Shown piece by piece: positions 18,635-28,260 of a stretch of 51,634 bases of DNA. A program made the translations under genes and the position numbers. Origin of the DNA: Desulfuromonadaceae bacterium UBA2294 (GTDB taxonomy: Bacteria; Desulfobacterota; Desulfuromonadia; Desulfuromonadales; UBA2294); NCBI GenBank assembly GCA_002345625.1, contig DDWE01000158.1, positions 1-51,634 of the forward strand, written 5' to 3'. How positions within the stretch are numbered: position 1 is the first letter of the stretch; each line of letters begins with the position of its first letter. The notes under the pieces are model-generated. The model was not told where the DNA came from, did no database searches, and saw only the letters and a program-made list of their open reading frames with translations.

Positions 18635-18664
18635 TGAATATCAGAATAGGTGAAATGATGTCAA
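18635..18664 (-). promoter_or_regulatory. Candidate sigma-70 promoter for tRNA-Val (and possibly thrS-infC-rpmI-rplT)
   Basis: Minus strand: TTGACA (18664-18659), 18 nt spacer, TATTCA (18640-18635). A GC-rich discriminator TACCGGCGC follows, and the mature tRNA 5' end lies about 19 nt downstream of the -10. Confidence 0.4.
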
Positions 18665-18693
18665 GAACTTTCACCTGTTTTTGGTTATTAACG

Positions 18694-18732
18694 AAAAAAA
18701 AACGGCTCTCCCTTGGACACAAGAAAGAGCCG
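18694..18732 (-). terminator. Strong intrinsic terminator after the FadL-like gene
   Basis: Minus-strand RNA: CGGCUCUUUCUUG-UGUC-CAAGGGAGAGCCG (13 bp including 2 G-U pairs), followed by U9. Confidence 0.85.
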
Positions 18733-18743
18733 CGCTTTTCAGG

Positions 18744-20030
18744 TCAGAATTTGTAGGACATCTCGGCGCTGATAATATCGACCTGGTTGTCGAACGAACC
18801 GACCAAGGCATTAAGGTTAGTCGCACTGTTGAGATTCACTGTACCGTTTTTAACATAAAGGTGAGCATAGCCAAAATCAGCCGCCCAATTACCACTGGCA
18901 TAACCAGCTCCGAATGCCACCCAATAGCGGTCATTACCGGGGATGCGCGGCGTACGATAGTTGTCAGGAATCGGTGAAGTATCAAGGGCGACACCACCAC
19001 GGAGAGTCAGTTGCGGTGTGGGATTAAAGGCGGCTCCAACCGAATAACGCATGTTGTCACGCCAGTTCTCTGGCGTAGTGGTACTTTTGATGGGAAGACC
19101 CGGCCCACCAATACCTAGGTCAAAATCGATTTTCAATTCTTTGAAAACACTCCAGTCGGTCCACATGGCATCAGCCATCATCGCAAACTCTGGAGAAAAC
19201 CGATGATATAAACTGACTTGCGCGCTGGCAGGGAGAGAAATATCGCCACCAACACCTTGCGCAGGGAAAAAAGCTGCGGGGATGCCTGGTGCAGAGGTAA
19301 AATCAAAATTCACGTCCCCTTTTAAATGTTGATCAACCTGAGAACGGTAGGATGCGCCTAGTCGCGTACGAGCATCATCAGTTGTAAGCAATAATCCGAA
19401 ATTGTAACCAAAACCCCAGTCATCAGCAGTCATTTCGGAGAAGACATCATTTCCGGGTGCGGCATAAATCATCGAACTGAGTGTCGCCTCAATATACTGG
19501 GCGCTGATGCCGGCGCCAGCACTAAGGTTCTTATTAATTTTGTAAGCCATTGATGGGTTGATATTGATGGTCTTCACATCAGACCCGACGGCATGATAAC
19601 GACCAACCCAGGAACGGTCGTACTCGGTCGCCATCCCAAAAGGGGCGTTGATACCTATACCAAAGACGACACCGTTACCGGGATTGTGAACCAGATAGGC
19701 GTTTGGAACCGGCTTCAACTGGCCGCCATTCCCATCAGCAGTACTAGCAAGAATCGAAGCACCAGCACGATCGGTTGCGACAGTTGCCCGAAAATCAGCT
19801 TGCGGCACGATGACATGAATCCCGGCGGTGCTCTGTGTCCCCTCCAACAAGGTCATTCCGGCCGGATTAAAAAAAACCGTACTGGCATCTTCGGCGGCGG
19901 CGGCACCGCCAGAATAGGCAGTACCAAGTCCCTTGACACTCTGTTCGATCAGGGCAAAACCAGCGGCAAAGGACTGTCCGGCGCATAGCAGGAAACAACT
20001 GGTCAAAAGCAGGACGATTCGCATCTTCAT
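18744..20030 (-). CDS. Outer-membrane hydrophobic-compound / long-chain fatty acid transporter, FadL/TodX family
   Basis: ORF trimmed to ATG 20030 (MKMRIVLLL..., GGAGGAG SD). Signal peptide ending SFAAG, an N-terminal GLGTAYSGGAA...FFNPAGM motif, and a beta-barrel repeat pattern ending in YKF. Confidence 0.85.
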   Translation of the reverse strand: MKMRIVLLLTSCFLLCAGQSFAAGFALIEQSVKGLGTAYSGGAAAAEDASTVFFNPAGMTLLEGTQSTAGIHVIVPQADFRATVATDRAGASILASTADGNGGQLKPVPNAYLVHNPGNGVVFGIGINAPFGMATEYDRSWVGRYHAVGSDVKTININPSMAYKINKNLSAGAGISAQYIEATLSSMIYAAPGNDVFSEMTADDWGFGYNFGLLLTTDDARTRLGASYRSQVDQHLKGDVNFDFTSAPGIPAAFFPAQGVGGDISLPASAQVSLYHRFSPEFAMMADAMWTDWSVFKELKIDFDLGIGGPGLPIKSTTTPENWRDNMRYSVGAAFNPTPQLTLRGGVALDTSPIPDNYRTPRIPGNDRYWVAFGAGYASGNWAADFGYAHLYVKNGTVNLNSATNLNALVGSFDNQVDIISAEMSYKF

Positions 20031-20137
20031 GAAAGGCTCCTCCATCGGGGGTAGTATCGGCATTGCACTGCAGAGAAAATAGCGACAAACAAAAATTATT
20101 TCAAGAAAATAGAATACTGTTCTGATTTACAATAAAT

Positions 20138-20170
20138 AATGGCGATCTTCTGTGAGGGAAGACCGCCATT
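20138..20170 (-). terminator. Intrinsic terminator after hom
   Basis: Minus-strand RNA: AAUGGCGGUCUUC-CCUCACA-GAAGAUCGCCAUU (13 bp including 1 G-U pair), followed by AUUUAUUGUAAAU. Confidence 0.6.
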
Positions 20171-20196
20171 TTGTGATTTAAATGTACCTGAATCGC

Positions 20197-21507
20197 TCAG
20201 TCCATTTCACTCTCAATACGAATGAACCGGGTCTGTTCCTGTACTACATCGAGGTGGTCGATTTCAGCAATGGCCTTGCGTACATCGGCCTCACATGCTT
20301 CGTGGGTCATAAAGACCAGAGGAACCGCACCGCCGATCTGGCGCTCAGGCTGGATCATCGAAGAGATGCTGATACGGTGCTCGCCAAGGATCCCGGCAAT
20401 CTTGGCCAAAACACCCGGCTTATCGAGAACGCTGACCCGCAGGTAATACTGGGTAACAATCTCATCCATCGATTTAATCGGAATATCGGTGATCGCTTCA
20501 GGAACATAGGCCATAGCCGGGGTACGCTGGCCGACACCAGACTGGACGCCGCGGGCAATCGACATAACATCACCCATGACTGCACTGGCGGTCGCGTCCA
20601 TCCCGGCTCCGCGACCGTACTGCATGACCGGACCGACAAAATCGCCGAACAGGCGCACGGCGTTGAACACACCATCGACGTCGGACAAAGGGTAATACAG
20701 CGGAATCATGGTCGGGTGAACGCGGGCTTCTATCTGACCATCGACCATCTTGCCGATGGCCAGCAGTTTGATCTTGTAACCGAACTGCTGCGCATACTGA
20801 ATATCAAGTGGGGAGATTTGACTGATCCCTTCGGTATGGACCGATTTAAAATTGATCCGGGTACCGAAACACAGTCCAATCAGCAACGCCAGTTTGTGCG
20901 CCGTGTCGACACCCTCAATGTCAAAAGTCGGGTCGGCCTCGGCATAGCCATTGGCTTGTGCATCGTGCAGCACCTCGGTGAACTCAGCCCCTTCATTGGT
21001 CATTCGGGTCAAAATGTAATTGCAGGTGCCATTGAGGATACCGAAGACGGTGCGGAAGCGATTGGCGCAGAGATTTTCCTTGATCGAAGAGATGATCGGA
21101 ATACCGCCGGCTACAGCTGCCTCAAACATAACCTCCACCCCTTTGCGCGCGGCAGCGGCGAAGATCTCCGGACCATGCAGCGCGAGCAGAGCTTTGTTGG
21201 CCGTCACAACATGCTTGCCATTCTCGATGGCGCGCAGGACGAAGGTTCGAGCCGGCTCATATCCGCCGATCAACTCAACGACAATATCGATATCGGGGTT
21301 ATCGAGCACATCAGCCGCCTGAGTACTGAGCAAACCGGGTTCGACAATGACACCACGATCAGTCACGATATCAAGGTCGACGACGCGCTGCAGACGTAAC
21401 GAAGCACCTAGACGGGCGGCAAGCAGATCGGCATTCTGCTGGAACACCTTGATAACCCCGGTGCCAATGGTACCAAAACCTAACAATCCTACACGAATTT
21501 CTTTCAT
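20197..21507 (-). CDS. hom: Homoserine dehydrogenase (with C-terminal ACT domain)
   Basis: ORF trimmed to ATG 21507 (MKEIRVGLLGFGTIGTG...). Rossmann GxGxxG motif, catalytic region, and a C-terminal ACT-like YYLRVSVLDKPGVLAKIAGILG. Confidence 0.95.
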   Translation of the reverse strand: MKEIRVGLLGFGTIGTGVIKVFQQNADLLAARLGASLRLQRVVDLDIVTDRGVIVEPGLLSTQAADVLDNPDIDIVVELIGGYEPARTFVLRAIENGKHVVTANKALLALHGPEIFAAAARKGVEVMFEAAVAGGIPIISSIKENLCANRFRTVFGILNGTCNYILTRMTNEGAEFTEVLHDAQANGYAEADPTFDIEGVDTAHKLALLIGLCFGTRINFKSVHTEGISQISPLDIQYAQQFGYKIKLLAIGKMVDGQIEARVHPTMIPLYYPLSDVDGVFNAVRLFGDFVGPVMQYGRGAGMDATASAVMGDVMSIARGVQSGVGQRTPAMAYVPEAITDIPIKSMDEIVTQYYLRVSVLDKPGVLAKIAGILGEHRISISSMIQPERQIGGAVPLVFMTHEACEADVRKAIAEIDHLDVVQEQTRFIRIESEMD

Positions 21508-21523
21508 GACAAACCTCGGTGGT

Positions 21524-22021
21524 TCAGGGGTGGGCATCCGCTTGCTGCGCGACCAGGGTGTCGGCGGCAGAGACAACCGGAACAAAGGTTAAAAGGCATT
21601 CAAGATGCTGAAAACGACGATCATTGCGGGCCTCGTCGACCAAATCGGCCAGTTCTGCCACCGGCAGGCTGCCGTCATCATCCAGGCACAGTGCCAAACG
21701 GCTGAAACCGGCATTTGCGCAGACCTCAAGCAGGTTCTTGATCAAACGCTGCCACGATGCCCGATTCAGGCGCCGGCGTGAGCCGCCGCCGAGCATAAGT
21801 GCCCAGGCTGATTGCAGCTTCCCATTGTTGCAACAGACCAGTGCATCCGCTGTTGCGCCGGTGACCCGACCCTGCAATAACAGTTTGGTCAGATGACCAT
21901 TAAGGCGCCAATCGAGATACGATGCGGCTCCGCGCAGGGGGCGATCATCCTCGAAAAACAGGGCTGCGACCACCTCACCATCCATACGGTCGGGGGGCAG
22001 ATCGAGAAGCCGTTCAGTCAT
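21524..22021 (-). CDS. Hypothetical protein. By eye it resembles a stand-alone leucyl-aminopeptidase (M17) N-terminal domain.
   Basis: 165 aa. Pattern VVAALFFEDDRPLRGAASYLDWRLNGHLTKLL..G...G. Its ATG overlaps the nusB stop (ATGA at 22018-22021). Confidence 0.55.
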   Translation of the reverse strand: MTERLLDLPPDRMDGEVVAALFFEDDRPLRGAASYLDWRLNGHLTKLLLQGRVTGATADALVCCNNGKLQSAWALMLGGGSRRRLNRASWQRLIKNLLEVCANAGFSRLALCLDDDGSLPVAELADLVDEARNDRRFQHLECLLTFVPVVSAADTLVAQQADAHP

Positions 22022-22488
22022 CGGGCCTCGGCTCGCAGGCGGCGGGAAATTTTATCGAGAATGCCATTGATGAACGGCGGCGTATCCTTGGACCCGTAAC
22101 GCTTACCGATCTCAATGGCTTCATTGATAACGACATTGGCCGGAACGTCAGGGTCGTGCATCAGTTCGTGCGTCGCCAGTCGCAGTAAAGACAGATCGAC
22201 ACGCGCCATCCGATCGAGGGCCCAGTTGGTCGAGCATTCAGAGATCACCGTATCGATGTGGTTCAGATCATCGACAACGCCGCGCACCAGGGCTTCGGCA
22301 AAAGCACGTACATGACCCGGCAACGGGGTCGGATCTTCTTCGACCGCCTCGCCAAGCACATCGTTGTGAAAACGGAAGTTGGCCCAGAAGTCGTCAAGAA
22401 TACCGTCAATTTCGGTGTCATGGTCATACAGACTGTAAAGAACCTTAAGGGCCAGTTCGCGCCCGGCTCGCCGAGTACCCTGCCCCAT
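22018..22488 (-). CDS. nusB: Transcription antitermination factor NusB
   Basis: RRAGRELALKVLYSL ... VVINEAIEIGKRYG. Follows ribH. Confidence 0.95.
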   Translation of the reverse strand: MGQGTRRAGRELALKVLYSLYDHDTEIDGILDDFWANFRFHNDVLGEAVEEDPTPLPGHVRAFAEALVRGVVDDLNHIDTVISECSTNWALDRMARVDLSLLRLATHELMHDPDVPANVVINEAIEIGKRYGSKDTPPFINGILDKISRRLRAEAR

Positions 22489-22958
22489 CAGGCCTCCATC
22501 GACCGCAGCAGGTTGACCATCTCGATGGCGGTCATCGCTGCTTCGAACCCTTTGTTGCCGGCTTTGGTTCCGGCACGTTCGACCGCCTGTTCGATGTTAT
22601 CGGTCGTAAGGACACCAAAGGCTACCGGGATGCCAGTGTCGAGGCCGACCGAAGCAATCCCTTTGGAGACTTCGGCGCTGACATAATCAAAATGAGGCGT
22701 CGCACCACGGATCACAGCACCGAGGCAGATAATGGCATCGTACTTCTTCGAATCGGCCATTTTTTTCGTCACCAGCGGCAGCTCAAATGCGCCGGGAACA
22801 CGTACGACCGTCAGATCCGCCTCAGCGGCTCCATGCCGGCGCAGTGCATCAATGGCGCCTTCCAGCAGGCGCTCGGCAATGAAACTGTTAAAACGGCTCA
22901 CTGCCAGTCCAACCTTCAATCCAGTCGCATCCAGTTTTCCATCAATCTGGTTCGCCAT
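22488..22958 (-). CDS. ribH: 6,7-dimethyl-8-ribityllumazine synthase
   Basis: [12 protein letters not shown]...[11 protein letters not shown]...[14 protein letters not shown]. Confidence 0.95.
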   Translation of the reverse strand: MANQIDGKLDATGLKVGLAVSRFNSFIAERLLEGAIDALRRHGAAEADLTVVRVPGAFELPLVTKKMADSKKYDAIICLGAVIRGATPHFDYVSAEVSKGIASVGLDTGIPVAFGVLTTDNIEQAVERAGTKAGNKGFEAAMTAIEMVNLLRSMEA

Positions 22959-22978
22959 GGTCTCTCTCCTGCTCTGAT

Positions 22979-24184
22979 TCAGATATTTTCGAGAAGATGG
23001 CCCATCTTCTCCCGTTTGGTCGTCAAATAACCGATGTTGGCGCTGGTCGCCTCAATCTGCAAAGGGACACGCTCGACAATACTCAGGCCATAACCTTCAA
23101 GGCCGACAATTTTCTTCGGGTTATTGGTCATCAGGCGGATATCCCGGATTCCGAGATCAGATAAAATCTGGGCACCGATCCCGTAATCACGCAGATCGGC
23201 CTTAAAGCCAAGGGCTTCATTGGCTTCAACCGTATCGTGCCCGGTATCCTGTAAAGCGTAGGCGCGCAGTTTGTTGATCAGGCCGATGCCGCGCCCTTCC
23301 TGACGCATATAGAGCAGCACCCCGCTCCCCTCTGACTCGATCTGTTGCATGGCCGCGTGTAACTGATCACCACAGTCGCAGCGTTGCGAACCGAAAACAT
23401 CGCCGGTCAGGCACTCAGAATGGACTCTTACCAGAACCGGTTTTTCCGGATCGATCACACCTTTCACCAGAGCCAGATGATTGGCCCCATCGACATCATT
23501 TTCGTAGGCGATGGCGAGAAATTCCCCTCCGAGCGGTGTCGGCAAAACGGTCTCGGCAGCGCGGCGGACCAGGGTCTCCTTACGCATCCGGTAAGCCACC
23601 AGATCGGCGATGGTGACGATGCGCAGGTCGTGCTTTTTGGCAAATATCTGCAGTTCGGGCATCCGCGCCATGGTCCCATCTTCATTCATGATCTCGCAGA
23701 TCACTCCGGATGGGTTGAGGCCGGCGAGGCGCGACAGATCGACTGAGCCTTCGGTCTGTCCGGCGCGAACCAGAACCCCGCCGCGTTTAGCGCGCAGTGG
23801 GAAGATGTGTCCGGGGCGTGCCAGATCGAACGCGCGCGTCCCATCGGCAATCGCCACCTGAACCGTCCGCGCCCGGTCGGCAGCGGAGATCCCGGTTGAG
23901 ACGCCGGTGCGGGCTTCAATAGAGACAGTAAATGCGGTACCAAACGACGAGGAGTTTTGCTGCACCATCAGTGGCAGTTCAAGATGATCGGCACGATCTT
24001 CGGTCAAAGAGAGACAGATCAGGCCGCGCCCCTCGCGCGCCATAAAGTTGATCGCTTCAGGAGTCACTTTCTCGGCGGCGATAACCAGGTCGCCTTCATT
24101 CTCGCGATCTTCATCATCAACCAGGATAATCATTTTACCCTGACGTAGATCGTCAAAGGCAGCTTCTATTGAGGCTATGGGCAT
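22979..24184 (-). CDS. ribBA: Bifunctional 3,4-dihydroxy-2-butanone-4-phosphate synthase / GTP cyclohydrolase II
   Basis: ORF trimmed to ATG 24184 ([33 protein letters not shown]). The C-terminal half carries [21 protein letters not shown]. Confidence 0.95.
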   Translation of the reverse strand: MPIASIEAAFDDLRQGKMIILVDDEDRENEGDLVIAAEKVTPEAINFMAREGRGLICLSLTEDRADHLELPLMVQQNSSSFGTAFTVSIEARTGVSTGISAADRARTVQVAIADGTRAFDLARPGHIFPLRAKRGGVLVRAGQTEGSVDLSRLAGLNPSGVICEIMNEDGTMARMPELQIFAKKHDLRIVTIADLVAYRMRKETLVRRAAETVLPTPLGGEFLAIAYENDVDGANHLALVKGVIDPEKPVLVRVHSECLTGDVFGSQRCDCGDQLHAAMQQIESEGSGVLLYMRQEGRGIGLINKLRAYALQDTGHDTVEANEALGFKADLRDYGIGAQILSDLGIRDIRLMTNNPKKIVGLEGYGLSIVERVPLQIEATSANIGYLTTKREKMGHLLENI

Positions 24185-24215
24185 GGACGGGTCCTTTCGC
24201 AGACCGCTATATATC

Positions 24216-24866
24216 TCACAGAAAACCGTGCTTGGCAAGGAGTTCACGCGACAATGACGGCTTCGTGACTCCTTCGGCAGCAGGGGTCAGCAACCGTTCG
24301 ACATACTTGCCCAGCAGATCGGTTTCGATGTTGACCTCACTGCCGGCGGTACAGTTTTTAAGGGTTGTCATCGCAATGGTGTGTGGAATCACGCTCAGTC
24401 GGAAACGCGAACCGTCTATCGCGTTGACCGTCAGGCTGATGCCATCCAGGGCAACCGAACCTTTCTCCACCAGATAACGACTGCAGGACGGCGGTGCCTC
24501 GATTTCGAGAATCACGGCATTTAGTTCGCTGTGCCGGGAGACTATCCGACCGACCTCATCGATGTGTCCGGTCATCAGATGACCGCCGAGGCGATCACCA
24601 AGGCGCAAGGCGCGTTCAAGGTTGACCGGCTGGCCGGGCCGCAAACGACCGAGGGTTGTGCGCGAAAAGGTTTCCGGTGACACATCGGCGTCAAACCCCT
24701 CAGAACCGATTGTCGTCACAGTCAGGCAGGCACCGTTCACAGCGATACTCTCGCCGAGAACAAGCTCCCGCACCGGCAACGCGGTCACAATAGAGAGCAC
24801 GGCAGCCTCACCACTGCGACGGATTGCCCGCACATGACCGCAATCCTCAATCAAACCGGTGAACAT
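24216..24866 (-). CDS. ribE: Riboflavin synthase (alpha chain)
   Basis: [10 protein letters not shown] start and duplicated lumazine-binding repeats ([11 protein letters not shown] / [11 protein letters not shown]). Confidence 0.93.
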   Translation of the reverse strand: MFTGLIEDCGHVRAIRRSGEAAVLSIVTALPVRELVLGESIAVNGACLTVTTIGSEGFDADVSPETFSRTTLGRLRPGQPVNLERALRLGDRLGGHLMTGHIDEVGRIVSRHSELNAVILEIEAPPSCSRYLVEKGSVALDGISLTVNAIDGSRFRLSVIPHTIAMTTLKNCTAGSEVNIETDLLGKYVERLLTPAAEGVTKPSLSRELLAKHGFL

Positions 24867-25957
24867 GATGACACCTCTCCTTCGATCAGGATATCGTCGG
24901 TAAACGTCCGGGTGCGCACATCGATCAAAGACCAGGCCGCATCCGGTGCCAAAACACCGGCACCACCGAACAGCGGATAACCATCAGCACCACCAAACAG
25001 TTTCGGCGCAATGAAAATCGCCAACCGGTTGACAACCCCGGCCCGCAAGGCGCTGCCGTTCAGTTCGGCACCTGCCTCGAGCAGAATGTGTTGCAGATTC
25101 CGCTGCCCCAAACGCTCCATCAAATCGGCCAGAGAAACCCGCCCCTGCTCGTCGCGACAGATCAGCACCTCGATCCCGCGAGCGCGCAAGGCGTTGATCC
25201 GATCCGGTGCGGCGGCAGCAGTTGTCACCAACAAGGTTGGTGCCGATGAAGACTGGGACAAAATCTGCGCCCCATCCGGAATCCGTAACGTGGAATCGAC
25301 AACAATCCGCACCGGATCGCGCCCACCTTCAGGCAACCGGACTGTTAATCGGGAATCATCAGACAGCACCGTGCCGACACCGGTCAACACCGCATCACAG
25401 CGATCACGTAACCGGTGAACATGCTCACGACTTTCCGGCCCGGTAATCCACTGCGAAGCGCCAGACGAGGTCGCGGTCTGACCGTCGAGGGTCATGGCTG
25501 CTTTCAACGTTACAAAAGGAAGCCCGGTGGTAATGTGACGGGCGAAGGGAGCTATCAACCAGCGACAGGGTGCCTCAAGGACGCCACTGATGACCTCAAT
25601 GCCGTTCTCACGCAAACGGGCGATCCCGCGACCTGCAACAAGAGGGTTCGGATCGACCGTTCCAACAAAAACGCGCCGGATACCGACAGCAATCACGGCA
25701 TCGGCGCAAGGTCCGGTCCGGCCCTGATGCGAACAGGGTTCAAGAGTCACATACAGATCGGCCCCACGCGCTGCCGGACCGGCAGCAGCCAGAGCAAAAA
25801 TCTCGGCGTGGGGCTCTCCGACACGTGGGTGGAACCCCTCACCAATAATCGCCCCCCCGGAAACGACAACGGCCCCGACCGGAGGGTTGGGGCTGGTGCG
25901 TCCCTCACCACATTGGGCAAGGTCTAAGGCGCGTTGGAGGAAGCGTTCCGGCATCAA
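24851..25957 (-). CDS. ribD: Bifunctional riboflavin biosynthesis deaminase/reductase RibD
   Basis: Deaminase motifs HAEIFAL...PCSHQGRTGPC, followed by a reductase domain. Overlaps the ribE start by 16 nt. Confidence 0.95.
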   Translation of the reverse strand: MMPERFLQRALDLAQCGEGRTSPNPPVGAVVVSGGAIIGEGFHPRVGEPHAEIFALAAAGPAARGADLYVTLEPCSHQGRTGPCADAVIAVGIRRVFVGTVDPNPLVAGRGIARLRENGIEVISGVLEAPCRWLIAPFARHITTGLPFVTLKAAMTLDGQTATSSGASQWITGPESREHVHRLRDRCDAVLTGVGTVLSDDSRLTVRLPEGGRDPVRIVVDSTLRIPDGAQILSQSSSAPTLLVTTAAAAPDRINALRARGIEVLICRDEQGRVSLADLMERLGQRNLQHILLEAGAELNGSALRAGVVNRLAIFIAPKLFGGADGYPLFGGAGVLAPDAAWSLIDVRTRTFTDDILIEGEVSSCSPV

Positions 25958-25981
25958 AATCTCACGTGAGGGGCAAGAGGA

Positions 25982-26455
25982 TCAGCGGCTGAGTTTCTTA
26001 TCCCCCTGCGCCAGGATATCCTTGAGCTCAGACATGAATTCGTTAATATCCTTGAACTGACGATAGACCGATGCGAAACGGACATAAGCCACTTCGTCCA
26101 TGGCGTGCAAACCTTCCATGACCGAGTTACCGATCCGGCGGGCATCAACTTCCTTCTCGCCACTCTCCTGTAATGACAATTCGAGGCTGTCGACAAACCG
26201 CTCGATGGTGGCGATGGAGACCGGCCTTTTTTCGCAGGCACGCTGCATGCCGGAGATGATCTTCATCCGGTCGAACGCTTCGCGGCGACCATCCTTCTTT
26301 ACCACCAGCGGCAAGGTCTCCTCGACCCGCTCGTAGGTCGTAAAACGGCGCTCACACTCAGTACACTCACGTCGACGCCGGATATTGTTGCCCTCTTTCC
26401 CCATACGGGAATCGACCACCTTGGTGTCAACAAAACCGCAGAACGGACATTTCAT
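25982..26455 (-). CDS. nrdR: Transcriptional repressor NrdR
   Basis: MKCPFCG...[17 protein letters not shown] zinc ribbon plus an ATP-cone domain. Confidence 0.95.
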   Translation of the reverse strand: MKCPFCGFVDTKVVDSRMGKEGNNIRRRRECTECERRFTTYERVEETLPLVVKKDGRREAFDRMKIISGMQRACEKRPVSIATIERFVDSLELSLQESGEKEVDARRIGNSVMEGLHAMDEVAYVRFASVYRQFKDINEFMSELKDILAQGDKKLSR

Positions 26456-26937
26456 TCGTTATCTCCCGCAACCGCACTGAGTGATTTTCCGGCGTAGACA
26501 CGAAAATCGATCCCCGACTCGGCCAGAATGTCCTTGGCCAGAATATCAGGATAACCGTCAAGATAGACGATTTCGCGGATACCGGCATTGATGATCATTT
26601 TTGAACAGATGATACAGGGAGAATTGGTGCAGTACAAAACAGCGCCATCAATATTGACCCCGTGCTTGGCCGCCTGAATGATGACGTTCTGTTCAGCATG
26701 CAGCCCGCGGCAAAGCTCATGCCGCTCCCCGGAAGGAATTTTCAATTGATCACGCAGGCAGCCGACATCGGCACAGTGGCTGATACCGGACGGGGTGCCG
26801 TTATAACCTGTCGCCAGGATATTGTTGTTTTTGACGATGACCGCCCCGACCTGACGACGCAGGCAGGTGGAGCGTTTTGCCACCAACTGCGCAATACTCA
26901 TGAAGTATTCTTCCCAGCTGGGGCGCGAGTCGATCAT
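26452..26937 (-). CDS. dCMP deaminase (ComEB-type cytidine/deoxycytidylate deaminase)
   Basis: HAEQNVI ... [10 protein letters not shown] zinc motifs. Start is either ATG 26937 or GTG 26940, both overlapping the glyA stop. Its stop overlaps the nrdR start (ATGA). Confidence 0.85.
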   Translation of the reverse strand: MIDSRPSWEEYFMSIAQLVAKRSTCLRRQVGAVIVKNNNILATGYNGTPSGISHCADVGCLRDQLKIPSGERHELCRGLHAEQNVIIQAAKHGVNIDGAVLYCTNSPCIICSKMIINAGIREIVYLDGYPDILAKDILAESGIDFRVYAGKSLSAVAGDNE

Positions 26938-28187
26938 CACGGCAACCGATGGGCATAGAGCGGGAAGCGTTTACACAGTTCCTTGACTTCGGCCTTGATT
27001 CCGGCCAGTAAAGTCTCATCTTCCGGAGCGGCCAGAGCACGCGCGATCCAGTCGGCGACCTGCTTCATCTCTGCCTCTTTCAGGCCGCGGGTCGTTGTTG
27101 CCGGGGTGCCGATACGAACACCGCTGGTCACAAACGGCGACCGGGTATCAAAAGGGACCGCATTCTTGTTGACCGTAATACCGGCTTTTTCCAATGCCGC
27201 TTCGGCCGTCTTCCCGGTCAAATCGGTACCGGTAAAATCGAGCAACATCAAGTGGTTGTCGGTGCCACCGGAGACGAGACGGAAGCCGTGTCCGACGAGA
27301 CCTTCAGCCAGGGCTGCAGCGTTCTTGACCACCTGTTGAGCATAGAGTTTGAACTCCGGTGCCAGTGCTTCCTTAAAGGCCACCGCCTTGGCAGCAATAA
27401 CATGCATCAGCGGTCCACCCTGGATGCCGGGGAAAATGTTGCTGTTCAGTTTCTTGGCGTACTCTTCCCGACACAGAATCATGCCGCCACGCGGGCCGCG
27501 CAGGGTTTTGTGGGTGGTGGTGGTGACAAACTCGGCATAAGGGACCGGGTTTGGATGGACGCCGGCGGCGACCAGACCGGCGATGTGGGCCATGTCGACC
27601 ATGACGACGGCACCGACCTTATCGGCAATGCGCCGAAAGGCAGGAAAATCGATGGTACGCGGATAGGCACTGGCACCGACCACAATCATCTTCGGCTGAT
27701 GCTCAACGGCAAGGCGCTCGACCTCATCATAATCAATATGGCCGGTTTGCGAATCGACCCCGTAAGGGACAATATTAAACAGTTTTCCGGAGAAATTAAC
27801 CGGTGAGCCGTGGGTTAAATGGCCACCGTGGGCCAGATTCATACCGAGAATGGTGTCGCCCGGCTGACAGACGGTGAAATAGACCGCCATATTGGCCTGG
27901 GAACCGGAGTGGGGTTGAACGTTGGCGTGTTCAGCGCCAAACAGTTCCAGGGCCCGATCGATCGCCAGCTGCTCGGCCTCGTCGACAAACTCGCAACCGC
28001 CGTAATAACGCTTCGCCGGATAACCTTCGGCATACTTGTTGGTCAGAACCGACCCTTGAGCCTCGAGAATATTTTCACTGACAAAGTTCTCCGAGGCGAT
28101 GAATTCAAGGTTGTATTCCTGGCGCCCGGTCTCCCGGTTGATAATATCAGCAATTTGTGGATCGAATGCGGCGAGTCCTTGCGACAT
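26937..28187 (-). CDS. glyA: Serine hydroxymethyltransferase
   Basis: ORF trimmed from a TTG to ATG 28187 ([10 protein letters not shown]..., GAGGA SD), giving 416 aa. PLP-lysine motif [14 protein letters not shown]. Confidence 0.97.
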   Translation of the reverse strand: MSQGLAAFDPQIADIINRETGRQEYNLEFIASENFVSENILEAQGSVLTNKYAEGYPAKRYYGGCEFVDEAEQLAIDRALELFGAEHANVQPHSGSQANMAVYFTVCQPGDTILGMNLAHGGHLTHGSPVNFSGKLFNIVPYGVDSQTGHIDYDEVERLAVEHQPKMIVVGASAYPRTIDFPAFRRIADKVGAVVMVDMAHIAGLVAAGVHPNPVPYAEFVTTTTHKTLRGPRGGMILCREEYAKKLNSNIFPGIQGGPLMHVIAAKAVAFKEALAPEFKLYAQQVVKNAAALAEGLVGHGFRLVSGGTDNHLMLLDFTGTDLTGKTAEAALEKAGITVNKNAVPFDTRSPFVTSGVRIGTPATTTRGLKEAEMKQVADWIARALAAPEDETLLAGIKAEVKELCKRFPLYAHRLP

Positions 28188-28220
28188 CGTAATATCCTCG
28201 TCTTTGTCTTGAGTCAAAGT

Positions 28221-28250
28221 TTAAAGGGCAGGCAAAACCGGCCTGCCCTT
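28221..28250 (-). terminator. Possible terminator or stabilising hairpin after rpiB
   Basis: GGGCAGGC-7 nt-GCCTGCCC stem flanked by AAA/TT. The U-tract on the minus strand is weak (UUUAAACUUU). Confidence 0.35.
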
Positions 28251-28260
28251 CGTGATGCGT

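Noticed and set aside
20031-20063. N-terminal extensions proposed by the longest-ORF track.
   Set aside because: The affected ORF-track starts are 20063, 21585, 24247, 47773, 39624, 44014, 9410, 743, 6238, 11547, 15331, 28217, 32028 and 46360. In each case a downstream ATG has a better-spaced SD and/or restores the canonical family N-terminus or signal peptide. In several cases the longer form would overlap the upstream gene or sit inside a terminator.
20182-21399. 405-aa plus-strand ORF opposite hom.
   Set aside because: It is antisense to homoserine dehydrogenase and has no family resemblance. It is a shadow ORF. The same reasoning applies to 33057..34097 (opposite plsX), 47821..48831 (opposite livM), 13080..13766 (opposite pheT), 6749..7384 (opposite rpoS/apt) and the many shorter overlapping ORFs in the track.
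25958-25981. An FMN (RFN) riboswitch was expected in front of the rib operon.
   Set aside because: The nrdR-ribD spacer is only 24 nt, and all other spacers in the chain are tiny. An element of about 150 nt cannot fit.
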